64,000 nt of DNA from an uncultured Flavobacteriaceae bacterium (GCA_964432885.1 CAYSPG010000012.1:25220-89219), one strand, 5' to 3'; counted from the first letter of the stretch, positions 49,927 through 59,653 are shown. Notes: a model not told the origin generated them from the letters alone. Made by a program: numbers and translations.

Positions 49927-50277
49927 ATGGCCGAATTTCCTCCCTGTCCCAATTGCAAAGAAGATTATACCTACCTCAATAATGGAATGCTCGTTTGCCC
50001 AATGTGTTTTCACGAATGGAATTCTGATACAACATCCGAACCTGAAAAGGAAGAAATAACTGAGGCACCTGTTAAAGATGCTAACGGAAACATTCTCACC
50101 AATGGCGACACCGTAATAATTATAAAAGATCTTCCTGTAAAAGGAGCTTCAAAAGCTGTAAAGGCGGGCACAAAGGTTAAAAATATTCGCCTTACCGATG
50201 GCGATCATAATATTGACTGCAAAATTGATGGCTTTGGAGCCATGGCTTTAAAATCAGAATTTGTGCGGAAGGCATAG
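49927..50277 (+). CDS. phnA: PhnA/YjdC-family zinc-ribbon protein
   Basis: N-terminal CPNC...CPMC zinc ribbon and a conserved C-terminal PhnA beta domain ([14 protein letters not shown]...NIRL). Confidence 0.8.
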   Translation: MAEFPPCPNCKEDYTYLNNGMLVCPMCFHEWNSDTTSEPEKEEITEAPVKDANGNILTNGDTVIIIKDLPVKGASKAVKAGTKVKNIRLTDGDHNIDCKIDGFGAMALKSEFVRKA

Positions 50278-50658
50278 TAATTTGTTCAGCCCTTAAGTAT
50301 GCCGACCTCCATAAACAGGTAGCAAATTCGCTATACGTTAGCGTATTACACTTGTAAAATAATTAATACCTGAATATTATGAGGTTGAGTTTGAATTGCC
50401 CGGGTTTGAAAAAGTTGCGAAACAAAATAAAGACATGAGCCCTGGTGACAAAGAAAAATTGATTAATGAAATTGTTCCGGTGAGTTAATTGAAAATTGTT
50501 TTGAAAAGAGAAATGTCTGTAAAAAAATTACAGGAATTTTTATTTCTCAGAAACCCAGAATAAATGTGGCCTGATGGGAATGCAGAAGATAAGTATGCCT
50601 CGGTTTTTGTTTGAGTAATTGGAAAGGAACCTATTTTATATAACCGTACAACTAAGAG

Positions 50659-52500
50659 TCACCTCTTAATCACCTTCTCTGTCAACACCTGCCCCGACTT
50701 ACTTCCCGTAACTTTTAAAAAATAAATTCCTGCATTAAGTTTATTCAGCGCAAACGAAAACTCGTTTTCTCCTTTTACCAAACTACCGTTATACAATTTA
50801 TGAACAAGCTGATTTTGGGCATTGTACAATTCAAAACACAAAACCTGGTTTTGAGGATTGGTAAATGCTACCGTAATATTTTCGTCAGCAGGATTTGGAA
50901 AAACATTAGCTGACTCACTTTTAGCAGGCAATATATTAATATCTGTAATTCCATTACCCGATAGTTCAGCAATCCATGTGCGTGTGGTGTGGTTGCCAAA
51001 TGAGTATGTACCGCTTACCCAAACTATACCGGGTTGATTATATTTTACCTGGCAACCGGAATAATCACCCCACCGTTCGGTACCGGATATCATACTAATG
51101 TAGGAAACTCCGCTACGTACATTTAGTATAGGCGAGTATTGAGTGTATCCATCAAACAGCACAGCTCCCATGCCCGGATTAACAGTGGCCGATGATTTTA
51201 AAAAACCAATAATGGAACTGTCGTTGGTTAGGTGGTTGCTTACCGGTGCAAGGTTGGCATAAGCTAAATCCATTGCCGTGTCGGCAAGGGTGGATGCTGT
51301 AACAGTATAAGTTGGCCCCACAGGATGAATCATCCCATGATATATTCCTACATTTCCTGTTGCTGTATCGGTAGTGTTACCCACAAATTGAATATCTAAT
51401 CCGTTGCTAAATGCGCCAAGTATGCGCGCATCGTTGGTAGCAAGTTTGTCGGTAAAAGGCTGGTCGGCATCTACCGGCATGCGGTATTGATGGTTTGATT
51501 GCAAAGCCTGCACGGCAACCACCTGGCCGGGGGCAAAGGCCGTGTCGGATACAGTAACTAAAAAAATAGTGTCGTTGCCGGTGCTAAAATTTCGGTTCGA
51601 AAGAAATGTCATGCCCGGTGAGTTTAATTGCCACCCTGCCCGCACGGGGCATAGGTTACGAAGTGGTGCTCCGTTATGTAATATGTTATTGTGCAATTGC
51701 GCATTTAGCGTGTTGCCATTGTAGCCGTCATACTTATTCATTTGCCAAATAAGGCTTTCGTTAAAACCGGTTTGCCAACTGCTGTCGTTATACAAAAGGT
51801 TTACGGTAATAAACAAATCATTTCCTGATAAAGAAAGCATTGGAAAATCTGTCCACAAACTATTGTTAAGCGGATTGCCGGGCAGCGCGTAAAAATTCCA
51901 AGCACCATTGGTAGTATCGCTTTGAGAAAAACCAATAATTACATTGCTGGTTGAATCGGTAAATCCATTAAGGCAAACAAAAACAAAACGATTGCTAACG
52001 TGGTCGTAAATTATTTTAGGATCAAATTCCTCCTGCTGCAAACCAAGTACCGATGTGATGGTGTGCAGATTGTAAGTACCAAAAATTTGATTGGTGATAA
52101 TGTTTTTTGTCCAAATGGTGGTGTTGGTTACCGAGCACACACGGTCGTTATTCCCAATGGCCATGTCATTATCATTTGGCACGTAGCCATTAAAAGCATT
52201 GCCAATAAAATTGCGAAGCATTGCAGGAGGATTAATTACATTTAACTTTCGCTCGTCATAAGCTGCGTATTTTTTTGGATAACGATTAGCAATTTCTTTT
52301 TTCGCTTTTTCTTTTTCAATATCATCAGCACCATGGTCGGGTTTTGGCAGATGGCGGTTTTTTACCTGCGGGTTAAAATCGTTTTGTTCATCGCTAAGCA
52401 CAAGCGTTGCTTTTTTGTGTATCACAAATTTTTGTGATGATTGGCAAAATGCCTGTGAAATACACAAGCAAATAATTAGCGGAAGCGAAATGTGTTTCAT
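50659..52500 (-). CDS. Hypothetical secreted protein with a T9SS type A C-terminal sorting domain
   Basis: Signal peptide MKHISLPLIICLCISQAFCQ; C-terminus NVFPNPADENITV...GIYFLKV matches the Por_Secre_tail. Confidence 0.75.
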   Translation of the reverse strand: MKHISLPLIICLCISQAFCQSSQKFVIHKKATLVLSDEQNDFNPQVKNRHLPKPDHGADDIEKEKAKKEIANRYPKKYAAYDERKLNVINPPAMLRNFIGNAFNGYVPNDNDMAIGNNDRVCSVTNTTIWTKNIITNQIFGTYNLHTITSVLGLQQEEFDPKIIYDHVSNRFVFVCLNGFTDSTSNVIIGFSQSDTTNGAWNFYALPGNPLNNSLWTDFPMLSLSGNDLFITVNLLYNDSSWQTGFNESLIWQMNKYDGYNGNTLNAQLHNNILHNGAPLRNLCPVRAGWQLNSPGMTFLSNRNFSTGNDTIFLVTVSDTAFAPGQVVAVQALQSNHQYRMPVDADQPFTDKLATNDARILGAFSNGLDIQFVGNTTDTATGNVGIYHGMIHPVGPTYTVTASTLADTAMDLAYANLAPVSNHLTNDSSIIGFLKSSATVNPGMGAVLFDGYTQYSPILNVRSGVSYISMISGTERWGDYSGCQVKYNQPGIVWVSGTYSFGNHTTRTWIAELSGNGITDINILPAKSESANVFPNPADENITVAFTNPQNQVLCFELYNAQNQLVHKLYNGSLVKGENEFSFALNKLNAGIYFLKVTGSKSGQVLTEKVIKR

Positions 52501-52543
52501 ACAAATGCAGTTTAGTGGTTAGAGTAATTATTAACTAAAAAAG

Positions 52544-52935
52544 TGGAGCCGGTGGGAGTTGAACCCACGTCCAGACACGGAATCAATGTGCTTTCTTCAT
52601 GCTTAGCATTTGCTTAATTGTAGGGATAATGTGTGGCGAAATGCTTACCGTCATTATCCTTAGCTCTTTTATCTTATTGCTGTGGCAGAGCAACACAGCA
52701 ACCAGCCTGTATTTTCGATGCCTCTGAACTTACCTCTACAAGCGTAAGGTAAGAGAGACAGCTTGTTCGGGTACTATCGTACCGGAATTAAGCTAACCCA
52801 CATAGTGGATTAGGCAGCAAGCGCGTAGTCGTTTTCGCCATTTAGACGAGTGAGAATCGGGATTAACGGGTGGTATTCACAGCACCCGGCATGCTTACAC
52901 ACCTATTGCACATGCTGTCGATTCCTTTCGGCCCC
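52544..52935 (-). ncRNA. ssrA: tmRNA (SsrA), encoding tag peptide GENDYALAA
   Basis: 5' end GGGGCCGAAAGGAATCGACAGCA; 3' tRNA-like end GGACGTGGGTTCAACTCCCACCGGCTCCA (T-arm plus acceptor); internal tag ORF GGC GAA AAC GAC TAC GCG CTT GCT GCC TAA on the minus strand at 52810-52839. Confidence 0.85.
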
Positions 52936-53127
52936 AAAGTCAAAGAACTTTATTGCAAAGGTAACTCTAATAGTATTTAAAAATGATAAATTTTATCTTG
53001 AAAAAATACAATAAGCATCCATCAATAATTTTTAAAAACTTCTGTTGTCGTTCAAAATCAATCACTCCATGCTGATGTGGTTGACCAACTCTTCTATTCC
53101 AAACTGTTTTTATCCTATTTTCGCAGC

Positions 53128-53173
53128 CGTTTCAAACAACAAACCTTAACCTTTGTTATTTAATGGTTTGAAA
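53128..53173 (+). promoter_or_regulatory. Nested stem-loop in the leader of the KAS III-like gene
   Basis: GTTTCAAAC-AACAAA-ccttaacc-TTTGTT-atttaatg-GTTTGAAAC; contains CAAAC at a 7-nt spacing. Confidence 0.4.
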
Positions 53174-53197
53174 CAAAAATTGTGAGTTAATATTTTA

Positions 53198-54340
53198 ATG
53201 AGTCAGGAAGTTTACATAACCAAAGCGGCCAAATTTTTACCCAATAAACCCATTGCCAATGATGAAATGGAATTGTTTTTGGGGCTGATAAATGGCAAAC
53301 CATCAAAATCAAGGGGAATAGTATTGCGGAACAATGGTATTAAGTGCCGCTATTATGCCATGGATAAAAATGGCAATGCAACGCATACCAACTCTCAAAT
53401 GGCTGCACTTGCAGTAAAGCAACTTTTTAATAATAACGCAAAAGAAATCAGTTCAATAGATTTATTATCCTGCGGCACTTCTTCTCCCGACCAGTTAATG
53501 CCATCACATGGTGTAATGGTGCATGGCTGGTTGCCCGAAACAAATGAAATTGAAGTAGTATCTCCAAGTGGAAATTGCTGCTCGGGTATGCATGCGTTAA
53601 AGTATGCATGGATGAGTGTAAAACTTGGTCAGGCAAAAAATGCTGTAGTAACAGGGTCGGAACGTTTATCGCGCATAATGCGTGCCGATAGTTTTGAAGA
53701 AGAGGCATCAAAACTGTCGTTGCTTGATGAAAACCCATACATATCATTTGATAAAGAATTTTTGCGCTGGATGCTTAGCGATGGCGCAGCAGCAGTTAAA
53801 CTAAACAATGCCAAAAGCGAAAGTGGTACAAGTTTGCGCATTGACGCTATCGAAGGCTTTTCGTTTGCTCATAAAACCGAACCTTGTATGTATCAGGCAA
53901 GTGATAAAGTAAATGGTGAGCTAAAAGGATATTCGGACTTTTCGCAAAAAGAGATTATGTCAAAATCGGTTTTCAGCATTAAGCAGGATGTAAAACTACT
54001 AAGCGAAAACATTGTAACTCTTGGAATACCTGCACTTAAAAAAGTGCTTGAAAACAACCATGTTAAACCAACAGAGATTGATTACTTTATTCCTCACCTG
54101 TCAAGCGAATTTTTTAGAAATAAAATTGCCGAACAGATGGAAGCTGCAAACATTATGATACCCAAAGAAAAATGGTTTACCAACTTATCTGAGATAGGCA
54201 ATGTAGGCTCAGCATCGGTGTATATGATGCTTGAAGAATTATTAAACACCGGCAACTTAAAAACCGGTGAAAAAATATTTCTTCTTGTTCCAGAAAGTGC
54301 ACGGTTTAGTTATGTTTTTGCACTACTTACGGTTGCGTAA
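53198..54340 (+). CDS. FabH-like beta-ketoacyl-ACP synthase III family enzyme (DarB-like condensing enzyme)
   Basis: 380 aa; thiolase fold with Cys (GNCCSGMHAL), His (IPHLSSEF) and Asn (IGNVGSASV) catalytic positions; longer than a canonical FabH. Confidence 0.75.
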   Translation: MSQEVYITKAAKFLPNKPIANDEMELFLGLINGKPSKSRGIVLRNNGIKCRYYAMDKNGNATHTNSQMAALAVKQLFNNNAKEISSIDLLSCGTSSPDQLMPSHGVMVHGWLPETNEIEVVSPSGNCCSGMHALKYAWMSVKLGQAKNAVVTGSERLSRIMRADSFEEEASKLSLLDENPYISFDKEFLRWMLSDGAAAVKLNNAKSESGTSLRIDAIEGFSFAHKTEPCMYQASDKVNGELKGYSDFSQKEIMSKSVFSIKQDVKLLSENIVTLGIPALKKVLENNHVKPTEIDYFIPHLSSEFFRNKIAEQMEAANIMIPKEKWFTNLSEIGNVGSASVYMMLEELLNTGNLKTGEKIFLLVPESARFSYVFALLTVA

Positions 54341-54365
54341 GTGAATAAAATAAGCATATAGCGTT

Positions 54366-54773
54366 TTGAAAAAAAAAGATTTACCCCAGGACCCAAGTGC
54401 GCTTGACAATGTTACACGCGATGTTGTGTATGTTACCGATGATAAAGGCAATTACACTGCCGAACTTAGCCGGGGGTGGGAAGTAAAAGCCACAGCACTT
54501 ACTATTGCCTGGCAGGATATTGAACAACGGATAAAAGAAGCAAAACTAAAAGTTGACAGTGGCCAGGCCAGCCCGGTTTTATTTTTTATGGAATTAAAAC
54601 TGATGGATATACCTACACTTGCCGGTTACACAGGCCTTTGGCAATGGCAGATAAAACGACACATTAAGCCTTCGGTTTTTAAAACCCTTTCGGCAAAAAA
54701 AATTGCAAAGTATGCCGAAGTATTTGAAGTAAGCGTTGATGACTTTAAAAACTGTATCGTACATGCAGGTTAA
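54366..54773 (+). CDS. Hypothetical 135-aa protein with a possible degenerate HTH-like C-terminus
   Basis: Overlaps the next gene by 11 nt (translational coupling); the C-terminal LAGYTGLWQWQIKRHIKP...LSAKKIAKYAEVFEVSVDDF resembles an XRE-type HTH only loosely. Confidence 0.4.
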   Translation: MKKKDLPQDPSALDNVTRDVVYVTDDKGNYTAELSRGWEVKATALTIAWQDIEQRIKEAKLKVDSGQASPVLFFMELKLMDIPTLAGYTGLWQWQIKRHIKPSVFKTLSAKKIAKYAEVFEVSVDDFKNCIVHAG

Positions 54774-55776
54774 CTTTAAACATACACAAGCAGCTCATTG
54801 CGAAAATGGTGTAACAGTAAATCTTTTGCGTCATATTGGAGTGGAAAAAATTACCGAGCCACTGGCATTTGGCATTGGGTCAGGATTATTTTTTATTTAT
54901 ATACCGCTTTTAAAAGTAAACAATGGCCCTGCGTTTTCGTACCGAACCATGCCCGGTCTTATTTTTAAACGCACGTGCAATTCACTTGGCATTCCGGTAA
55001 CGCGAAAAAAATTTTCATCACCTGAAAAAGCACAGCGCGCACTTGACGAATGCCTTAGTAACAACCAGCCTGCCGGTTGCCAGGTAGGTGTTTACTTCCT
55101 CCCCTATTTTCCAAAAGAATACCGTTTTCATTTTAACGCCCATAACCTTGTTGTATTTGGCAAAGAAGGCGACAATTACCTGGTAAGCGACCCCGTAATG
55201 GAAACCACAAATGTACTTTCAGCTTATGAGTTAGAGCGTGTGCGCTTTGCCAAAGGCCCGCTTGCACCCCGAGGCCAATTGTATTATCCCCAATCGAAAA
55301 CAGAAGTAACCGATGATATGATGCGCAAAGCCATAGTGCAGGGCATTAAGAGAAATGTGCGCGATATGCTTCGCATACCAGGCCCGGTGGCCGGTGTTAG
55401 CGGCATTAGATATACGGCAAAGAAAATTAGCCGCTGGCGCGATAAACTCGGCATAAAAACTGCCGGGCTTTATCTTGCACAACTGGTTCGCATGCAAGAG
55501 GAGATTGGAACAGGCGGTGGTGGATTCAGGTTTATTTATGCTGCATTTTTACAGCAGGCACATGCGTACTTTAAAAACGATGAGTTAATTCGCATTTCTG
55601 AACAGTTTACCAAATCAGGCGACCTATGGCGCTCATCAGCAGTTCAGGCTGCCGGAATTTTTAAAGGCCGAATTACTGCTCAGTCTGACTTTGACGACAT
55701 GGCCGGTTACCTTTATAAAATAGCCGATATTGAAAAAGAAGCTTTTGTTTCGTTATCAAAAATAAAATGGAACTAA
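54763..55776 (+). CDS. BtrH_N-domain (papain-like fold) protein, candidate DarA-type partner of the KAS III enzyme
   Basis: N-terminal HTQAAHCENGVTVNLL with a conserved Cys; about 337 aa; start taken at MQVNFKH. Confidence 0.55.
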   Translation: MQVNFKHTQAAHCENGVTVNLLRHIGVEKITEPLAFGIGSGLFFIYIPLLKVNNGPAFSYRTMPGLIFKRTCNSLGIPVTRKKFSSPEKAQRALDECLSNNQPAGCQVGVYFLPYFPKEYRFHFNAHNLVVFGKEGDNYLVSDPVMETTNVLSAYELERVRFAKGPLAPRGQLYYPQSKTEVTDDMMRKAIVQGIKRNVRDMLRIPGPVAGVSGIRYTAKKISRWRDKLGIKTAGLYLAQLVRMQEEIGTGGGGFRFIYAAFLQQAHAYFKNDELIRISEQFTKSGDLWRSSAVQAAGIFKGRITAQSDFDDMAGYLYKIADIEKEAFVSLSKIKWN

Positions 55777-56517
55777 ATGGATGCCGCCATTTCTGTTTCA
55801 AGCCTTCATTTTAAGTATCCCGGGCAAAAAAAAAATTGCCTTCAAAACATCAATCTTACCATTTTAAAAGGCGAGCGGTTTGGACTATTTGGGCCTAACG
55901 GGGCAGGTAAAACCACACTGATGAGCATTATGACAGGCCTGATAAAACCTGCAACCGGTGCTGCTCATATTTTTGGTTCCAAAATTTTTGGAAGCAATTC
56001 AATAAAAAAAACATTTGGTTATGTACCTCAGGATTTCGCATTCTATCCTGAGCTAACTCCTGTTGAAAATTTGCAGTTTTTTGGTGCCTGGGCCGGCTTG
56101 GATAACACAACCACTAAAAAGCGAACAGATGAATTGCTTGAGGTTTTGGGCCTTACCGATTTTAGAAACAAACAGGTAAAAACTTTTTCGGGAGGCATGA
56201 AAAGAAGAATAAATATTGCAATAAGTGCTATACATAATCCCCAAATTTTATTTCTTGACGAGCCTACTGTTGGTGTGGATGTTCAAACACGTGCAGCAAT
56301 AATTGATTATTTAAAACAGCTAAATGCCTGCGGAACTACTCTTGTTTACACATCACATCACTTGCAGGAAGCGCAACAACTTTGCAATCATATTGCATTA
56401 ATTGATGATGGAAAAATAATAGTTGACGGAAACCTTGAAAAAATATTGTCTGAGCATAACCAAAAACGATTGGAAGATTTGTTTTTGCAACTTACCGGAC
56501 ATGCTTACCGCGATTAA
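55777..56517 (+). CDS. ABC transporter ATP-binding protein (ABC-2 type exporter)
   Basis: Walker A GPNGAGKTT, signature FSGGMKRRINIA, Walker B LFLDEPTVGVD. Confidence 0.9.
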   Translation: MDAAISVSSLHFKYPGQKKNCLQNINLTILKGERFGLFGPNGAGKTTLMSIMTGLIKPATGAAHIFGSKIFGSNSIKKTFGYVPQDFAFYPELTPVENLQFFGAWAGLDNTTTKKRTDELLEVLGLTDFRNKQVKTFSGGMKRRINIAISAIHNPQILFLDEPTVGVDVQTRAAIIDYLKQLNACGTTLVYTSHHLQEAQQLCNHIALIDDGKIIVDGNLEKILSEHNQKRLEDLFLQLTGHAYRD

Positions 56518-56524
56518 ATAATTT

Positions 56525-57802
56525 ATGACAAAATTATTTTCAGCTTTGCTTAAAGAATTCAGGTTGCTTGTTCGCGACAGGGTTGGGCTTGCGCTTATGT
56601 TTATTATGCCGGTAATTTTGGTAATTGTTATTACCAGCGTTCAAAACAGCACGTTTGAGATGGTAAACGACAATAAGATAAAATTGCTTGTTTCCAATAA
56701 TGATTCAGGAAAAATTTCAAAACAATTTATTGGGGGCATAGCCAAACTTGGAATGTTTGAAGTAATTACAGGCAAAAGCAATAAAACTTCTGACGGCATT
56801 TCGGAGCTAATGAAAATGCATGACGCGCTTGTTGGATTGGTGCTTCCAGAAAATTTTTCAATTCAATTGCAGCAAAAAGCCAAACACAGTACTGCAAAAG
56901 CCCTCACCGAATTTGGAATGACAGGTGATACTGGCATTCCACACCCGGCAGTAATATCACCTGAACTGTATTTTCATCCGGTGCTTCAAAAATCGTACAG
57001 ATACTCTATCAATGGAGCTTTGCAAAGTGTAATGCAGGTAACCGAAAACAAACTGATGATAGAGCAATTGTACAAAACCATTAACGATAAAGAAATGCCT
57101 GATGGTTTTGAAAATGATTTGATGCAAAACAAAATTGTGTTTACCGAAAAATTTGCAACCGTAAGTGGAAACAAAACAATACCTAATGCAACACAGCATA
57201 ACATACCAGCATGGACCGTGTTTGCCATGTTTTTTATTGTAATAAGTTTGGGCGGCAATGTGGTTAAAGAAAAACTGAGTGGTAGTTTTATCAGGCTTCG
57301 CACAATGCCTACGAGTTATTTGCTCAATTTGGCTGCCAAACAAATTTTATATGTTAATGTAGTGCTGCTTCAGGTAGTGGTGATATTTGGTATTGGGGCT
57401 TTGGTATTTCCAAAATTAGGATTGCCCGTTCTTAATATACCTACCGATATTTTTTTACTGGTGCTTGTAACAATAATTTGTGGCTGGTGTGCCATAAGTT
57501 ATGCCATGTGCATTGGTGTGTTTGCTAATACACAAGAGCAGGCCAATGGATTTGGAGCCGTATCTGTTGTTTTGTTTGCTGCCATAGGCGGTGTGTTTGT
57601 GCCTGCCTTTGCCATGCCTCAATCCTTTAAAATTATCATGAACATATCTCCCCTTCACTGGTGCGTTGAATCCTATTATGATTTATTTTTAACGGGAGGC
57701 AGTTTTAAAAACATTGCTGGCAATGTTTTACCTTTGCTTGCTGCAACAGCAATTTTTCAGTTGCTTATATTTATTGGTTTAAAACGAAAGAATTTAATTT
57801 AA
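56525..57802 (+). CDS. ABC-2 family transporter permease
   Basis: 425 aa; N-terminal TM helix, large extracytoplasmic loop, C-terminal 5-TM ABC-2 domain. Confidence 0.8.
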   Translation: MTKLFSALLKEFRLLVRDRVGLALMFIMPVILVIVITSVQNSTFEMVNDNKIKLLVSNNDSGKISKQFIGGIAKLGMFEVITGKSNKTSDGISELMKMHDALVGLVLPENFSIQLQQKAKHSTAKALTEFGMTGDTGIPHPAVISPELYFHPVLQKSYRYSINGALQSVMQVTENKLMIEQLYKTINDKEMPDGFENDLMQNKIVFTEKFATVSGNKTIPNATQHNIPAWTVFAMFFIVISLGGNVVKEKLSGSFIRLRTMPTSYLLNLAAKQILYVNVVLLQVVVIFGIGALVFPKLGLPVLNIPTDIFLLVLVTIICGWCAISYAMCIGVFANTQEQANGFGAVSVVLFAAIGGVFVPAFAMPQSFKIIMNISPLHWCVESYYDLFLTGGSFKNIAGNVLPLLAATAIFQLLIFIGLKRKNLI

Positions 57803-58074
57803 TGGAAAGAGAACAACTTACGCTCGAATTAAAACAACACATTATTAAATACCTTAATCTGCTTGAAAAAACTCCTGCAGACATTGCAAACGACCAGCCC
57901 CTTTTTGGTGATGGACTTGGATTAGATTCCATTGACTCCATTGAGTTGGTTGTAATGATGGAACGCGAGTACGGTATTAAAATTAACGATCCAAAAGAAG
58001 GCCGAAAAATTTTTGTAACCATCAATACCATTGTTGATTTTATTTTGCAGCATCAAAACAAAATTACTTCGTAA
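57802..58074 (+). CDS. Acyl carrier protein
   Basis: 90 aa; phosphopantetheine attachment motif GLDSIDSIELV. Confidence 0.8.
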   Translation: MEREQLTLELKQHIIKYLNLLEKTPADIANDQPLFGDGLGLDSIDSIELVVMMEREYGIKINDPKEGRKIFVTINTIVDFILQHQNKITS

Positions 58075-58077
58075 AAA

Positions 58078-59265
58078 GTGAGCCGCATTGTAGTAACAGG
58101 ATTGGGTGTAATAAGCCCACTTGGAAACTCAGTAAGCGAAAATCACCGGGCACTTACCCAAAGCACCTGCGGCATTTCATCACTCGAGCTTTTTAAAACA
58201 AAATATGCAGCCACACTTCGCTTTGGTGAAATTAAAACCGAAAACGCTAAACTAAAAGAAGACCTTGCGGCTAATGAAGAAAGCGTAACGCGAACAAGTT
58301 TGCTTGCATTGCACGCTTTTAATCAGGCTGTTTCGTCAAGCAAACTAATGCCCTCACAGGTTTCATCACCTGATTGTGCACTTGTGGTTGCAAGTACCGT
58401 TGGCGGCATGTGTTTAACCGATGAGTTGTATAGCGACTCAAACAGCCATTCAAAAGGCTCTTCTTTTCTTTCATCATACGATTGCGCTTCTGCTGCCATG
58501 TATCTTCAGCACCGGTATCAAATCAAAGGTGTGGTTAATACCATTAACACCGCTTGTTCTTCGGGTGCCAATGCAATTATGTTTGGCGCACGCCTGATAA
58601 AAAACGGATTTGCAAAACGGGCAATTGTTGGTGGAACCGACAGCCTTGCAAAATTCACCATCAATGGTTTTAACTCCCTTAACATTCTTGCTCCACAAAA
58701 TTGCAGGCCTTTTGATAAGGAGAGAAACGGATTAAATCTGGGCGAAGGCGCGGGTTTTATAGTTCTTGAAAGAGAAGAAGATTGTGAAAACAAAAAAATA
58801 TATGCTTCGCTTACCGGCTATGCCAATACAAACGATGCATTTCACCCATCATCCATTTCAGAAAATGGCGAAGGGCCTTTTCTTGCTATGAGCAAAGCGC
58901 TTTTGCTTGCCGGCCTTGAGCCTGAAAAAATCAACTACATTAATACACATGGCACCGGCACAGAAAACAATGATGAAACAGAAAGTAAAGCGATGATTCG
59001 TATTTTTAAAATCGTTCCTCCTTTTGCTTCTTCAAAATCAAAAATAGGGCACACACTTGGTGCTGCTTCAGCTATAGAATCGGTGTTTAGCATTCTTGCG
59101 CTTTCAAATAGTGAATTGTACCCAAGTTTAAATTTTGTTAATCCTATCGAATCCACTTTGCTTTGTCCGGTTACTAACTATCAAAAAATGAACATACAAA
59201 ACGTTATGTGCAACTCGTTTGGTTTTGGTGGAAATTGCAGTTCGCTTATTTTTTCAAAAAGCTAA
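58078..59265 (+). CDS. Beta-ketoacyl-ACP synthase (FabF/FabB-like KAS I/II), GTG start
   Basis: VVTGLGVISPLGN N-terminus, active-site Cys (TACSSGANAI), His motifs (NTHGTGT, KSKIGHTLGAAS). Confidence 0.85.
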   Translation: MSRIVVTGLGVISPLGNSVSENHRALTQSTCGISSLELFKTKYAATLRFGEIKTENAKLKEDLAANEESVTRTSLLALHAFNQAVSSSKLMPSQVSSPDCALVVASTVGGMCLTDELYSDSNSHSKGSSFLSSYDCASAAMYLQHRYQIKGVVNTINTACSSGANAIMFGARLIKNGFAKRAIVGGTDSLAKFTINGFNSLNILAPQNCRPFDKERNGLNLGEGAGFIVLEREEDCENKKIYASLTGYANTNDAFHPSSISENGEGPFLAMSKALLLAGLEPEKINYINTHGTGTENNDETESKAMIRIFKIVPPFASSKSKIGHTLGAASAIESVFSILALSNSELYPSLNFVNPIESTLLCPVTNYQKMNIQNVMCNSFGFGGNCSSLIFSKS

Positions 59266-59293
59266 GAAATCAACATCAAGGATACTGTTACTT

Positions 59294-59572
59294 TTAATCC
59301 TCAATGCTTGCCGTAAGGCCACGCTCAATAAGTGCCTGGCACATTGGGCGCAAATATTTTACAGTTCCGTTTTTTACATCACACCTGCCTTTGTTATGTA
59401 CAATTACCGAACACTGCTCGGCTTGTTCCCGCTCATGGCTGCATATGTCAATAAGCGAATCAATAACATAATCAAAAGAGTTTACGTCATCGTTGTACAA
59501 AATCAGGTTGCTTTCTTTGGCTGCCTTTTTGTGTGAAGCAGGACTTTGAGATACAGATGGCTTGCGGCTCAT
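59294..59572 (-). CDS. clpS: ATP-dependent Clp protease adaptor ClpS
   Basis: Conserved core YKVILYNDDVNSFDYVIDSL...AEQCSVIVHNKG; start taken at MSRKPS. Confidence 0.85.
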   Translation of the reverse strand: MSRKPSVSQSPASHKKAAKESNLILYNDDVNSFDYVIDSLIDICSHEREQAEQCSVIVHNKGRCDVKNGTVKYLRPMCQALIERGLTASIED

Positions 59573-59653
59573 GTGTTTTGAATTTGATGCACAAGTATAA
59601 AAAGCATTTTTCAAATTCAAAAATACCCAACAAAATGTTTTAAACAGTAAATA

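Noticed and set aside
50370-50400. Sequence GAGGTTGAGTTTGAATTGCCCGGGTTTGAA resembling the ssrA 3' end (GGGAGTTGAACCCACG); possible attachment-site remnant of an island integrated at tmRNA
   Set aside because: There are only about 9 scattered matching positions. There is no integrase, no flanking direct repeat of 15 nt or more, and the intervening gene is an ordinary T9SS cargo gene.
50278-50658. 380-bp non-coding gap between phnA and the T9SS cargo gene; checked for small ORFs or sRNA
   Set aside because: Only 16-17-codon ORFs (MRLSLNCPGLKKLRNKIKT, MSPGDKEKLINEIVPVS) without ribosome-binding context. There is no convincing stem-loop/terminator pair to define an sRNA, so nothing is supportable from sequence alone.
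53141-53150. 10-mer AACCTTAACC occurring both here and at 31757-31766
   Set aside because: Two copies of a 10-mer in 64 kb is only mildly unexpected. Both copies lie next to CAAAC heptad runs, so I fold this into the heptad-repeat observation and do not treat it as a separate element.
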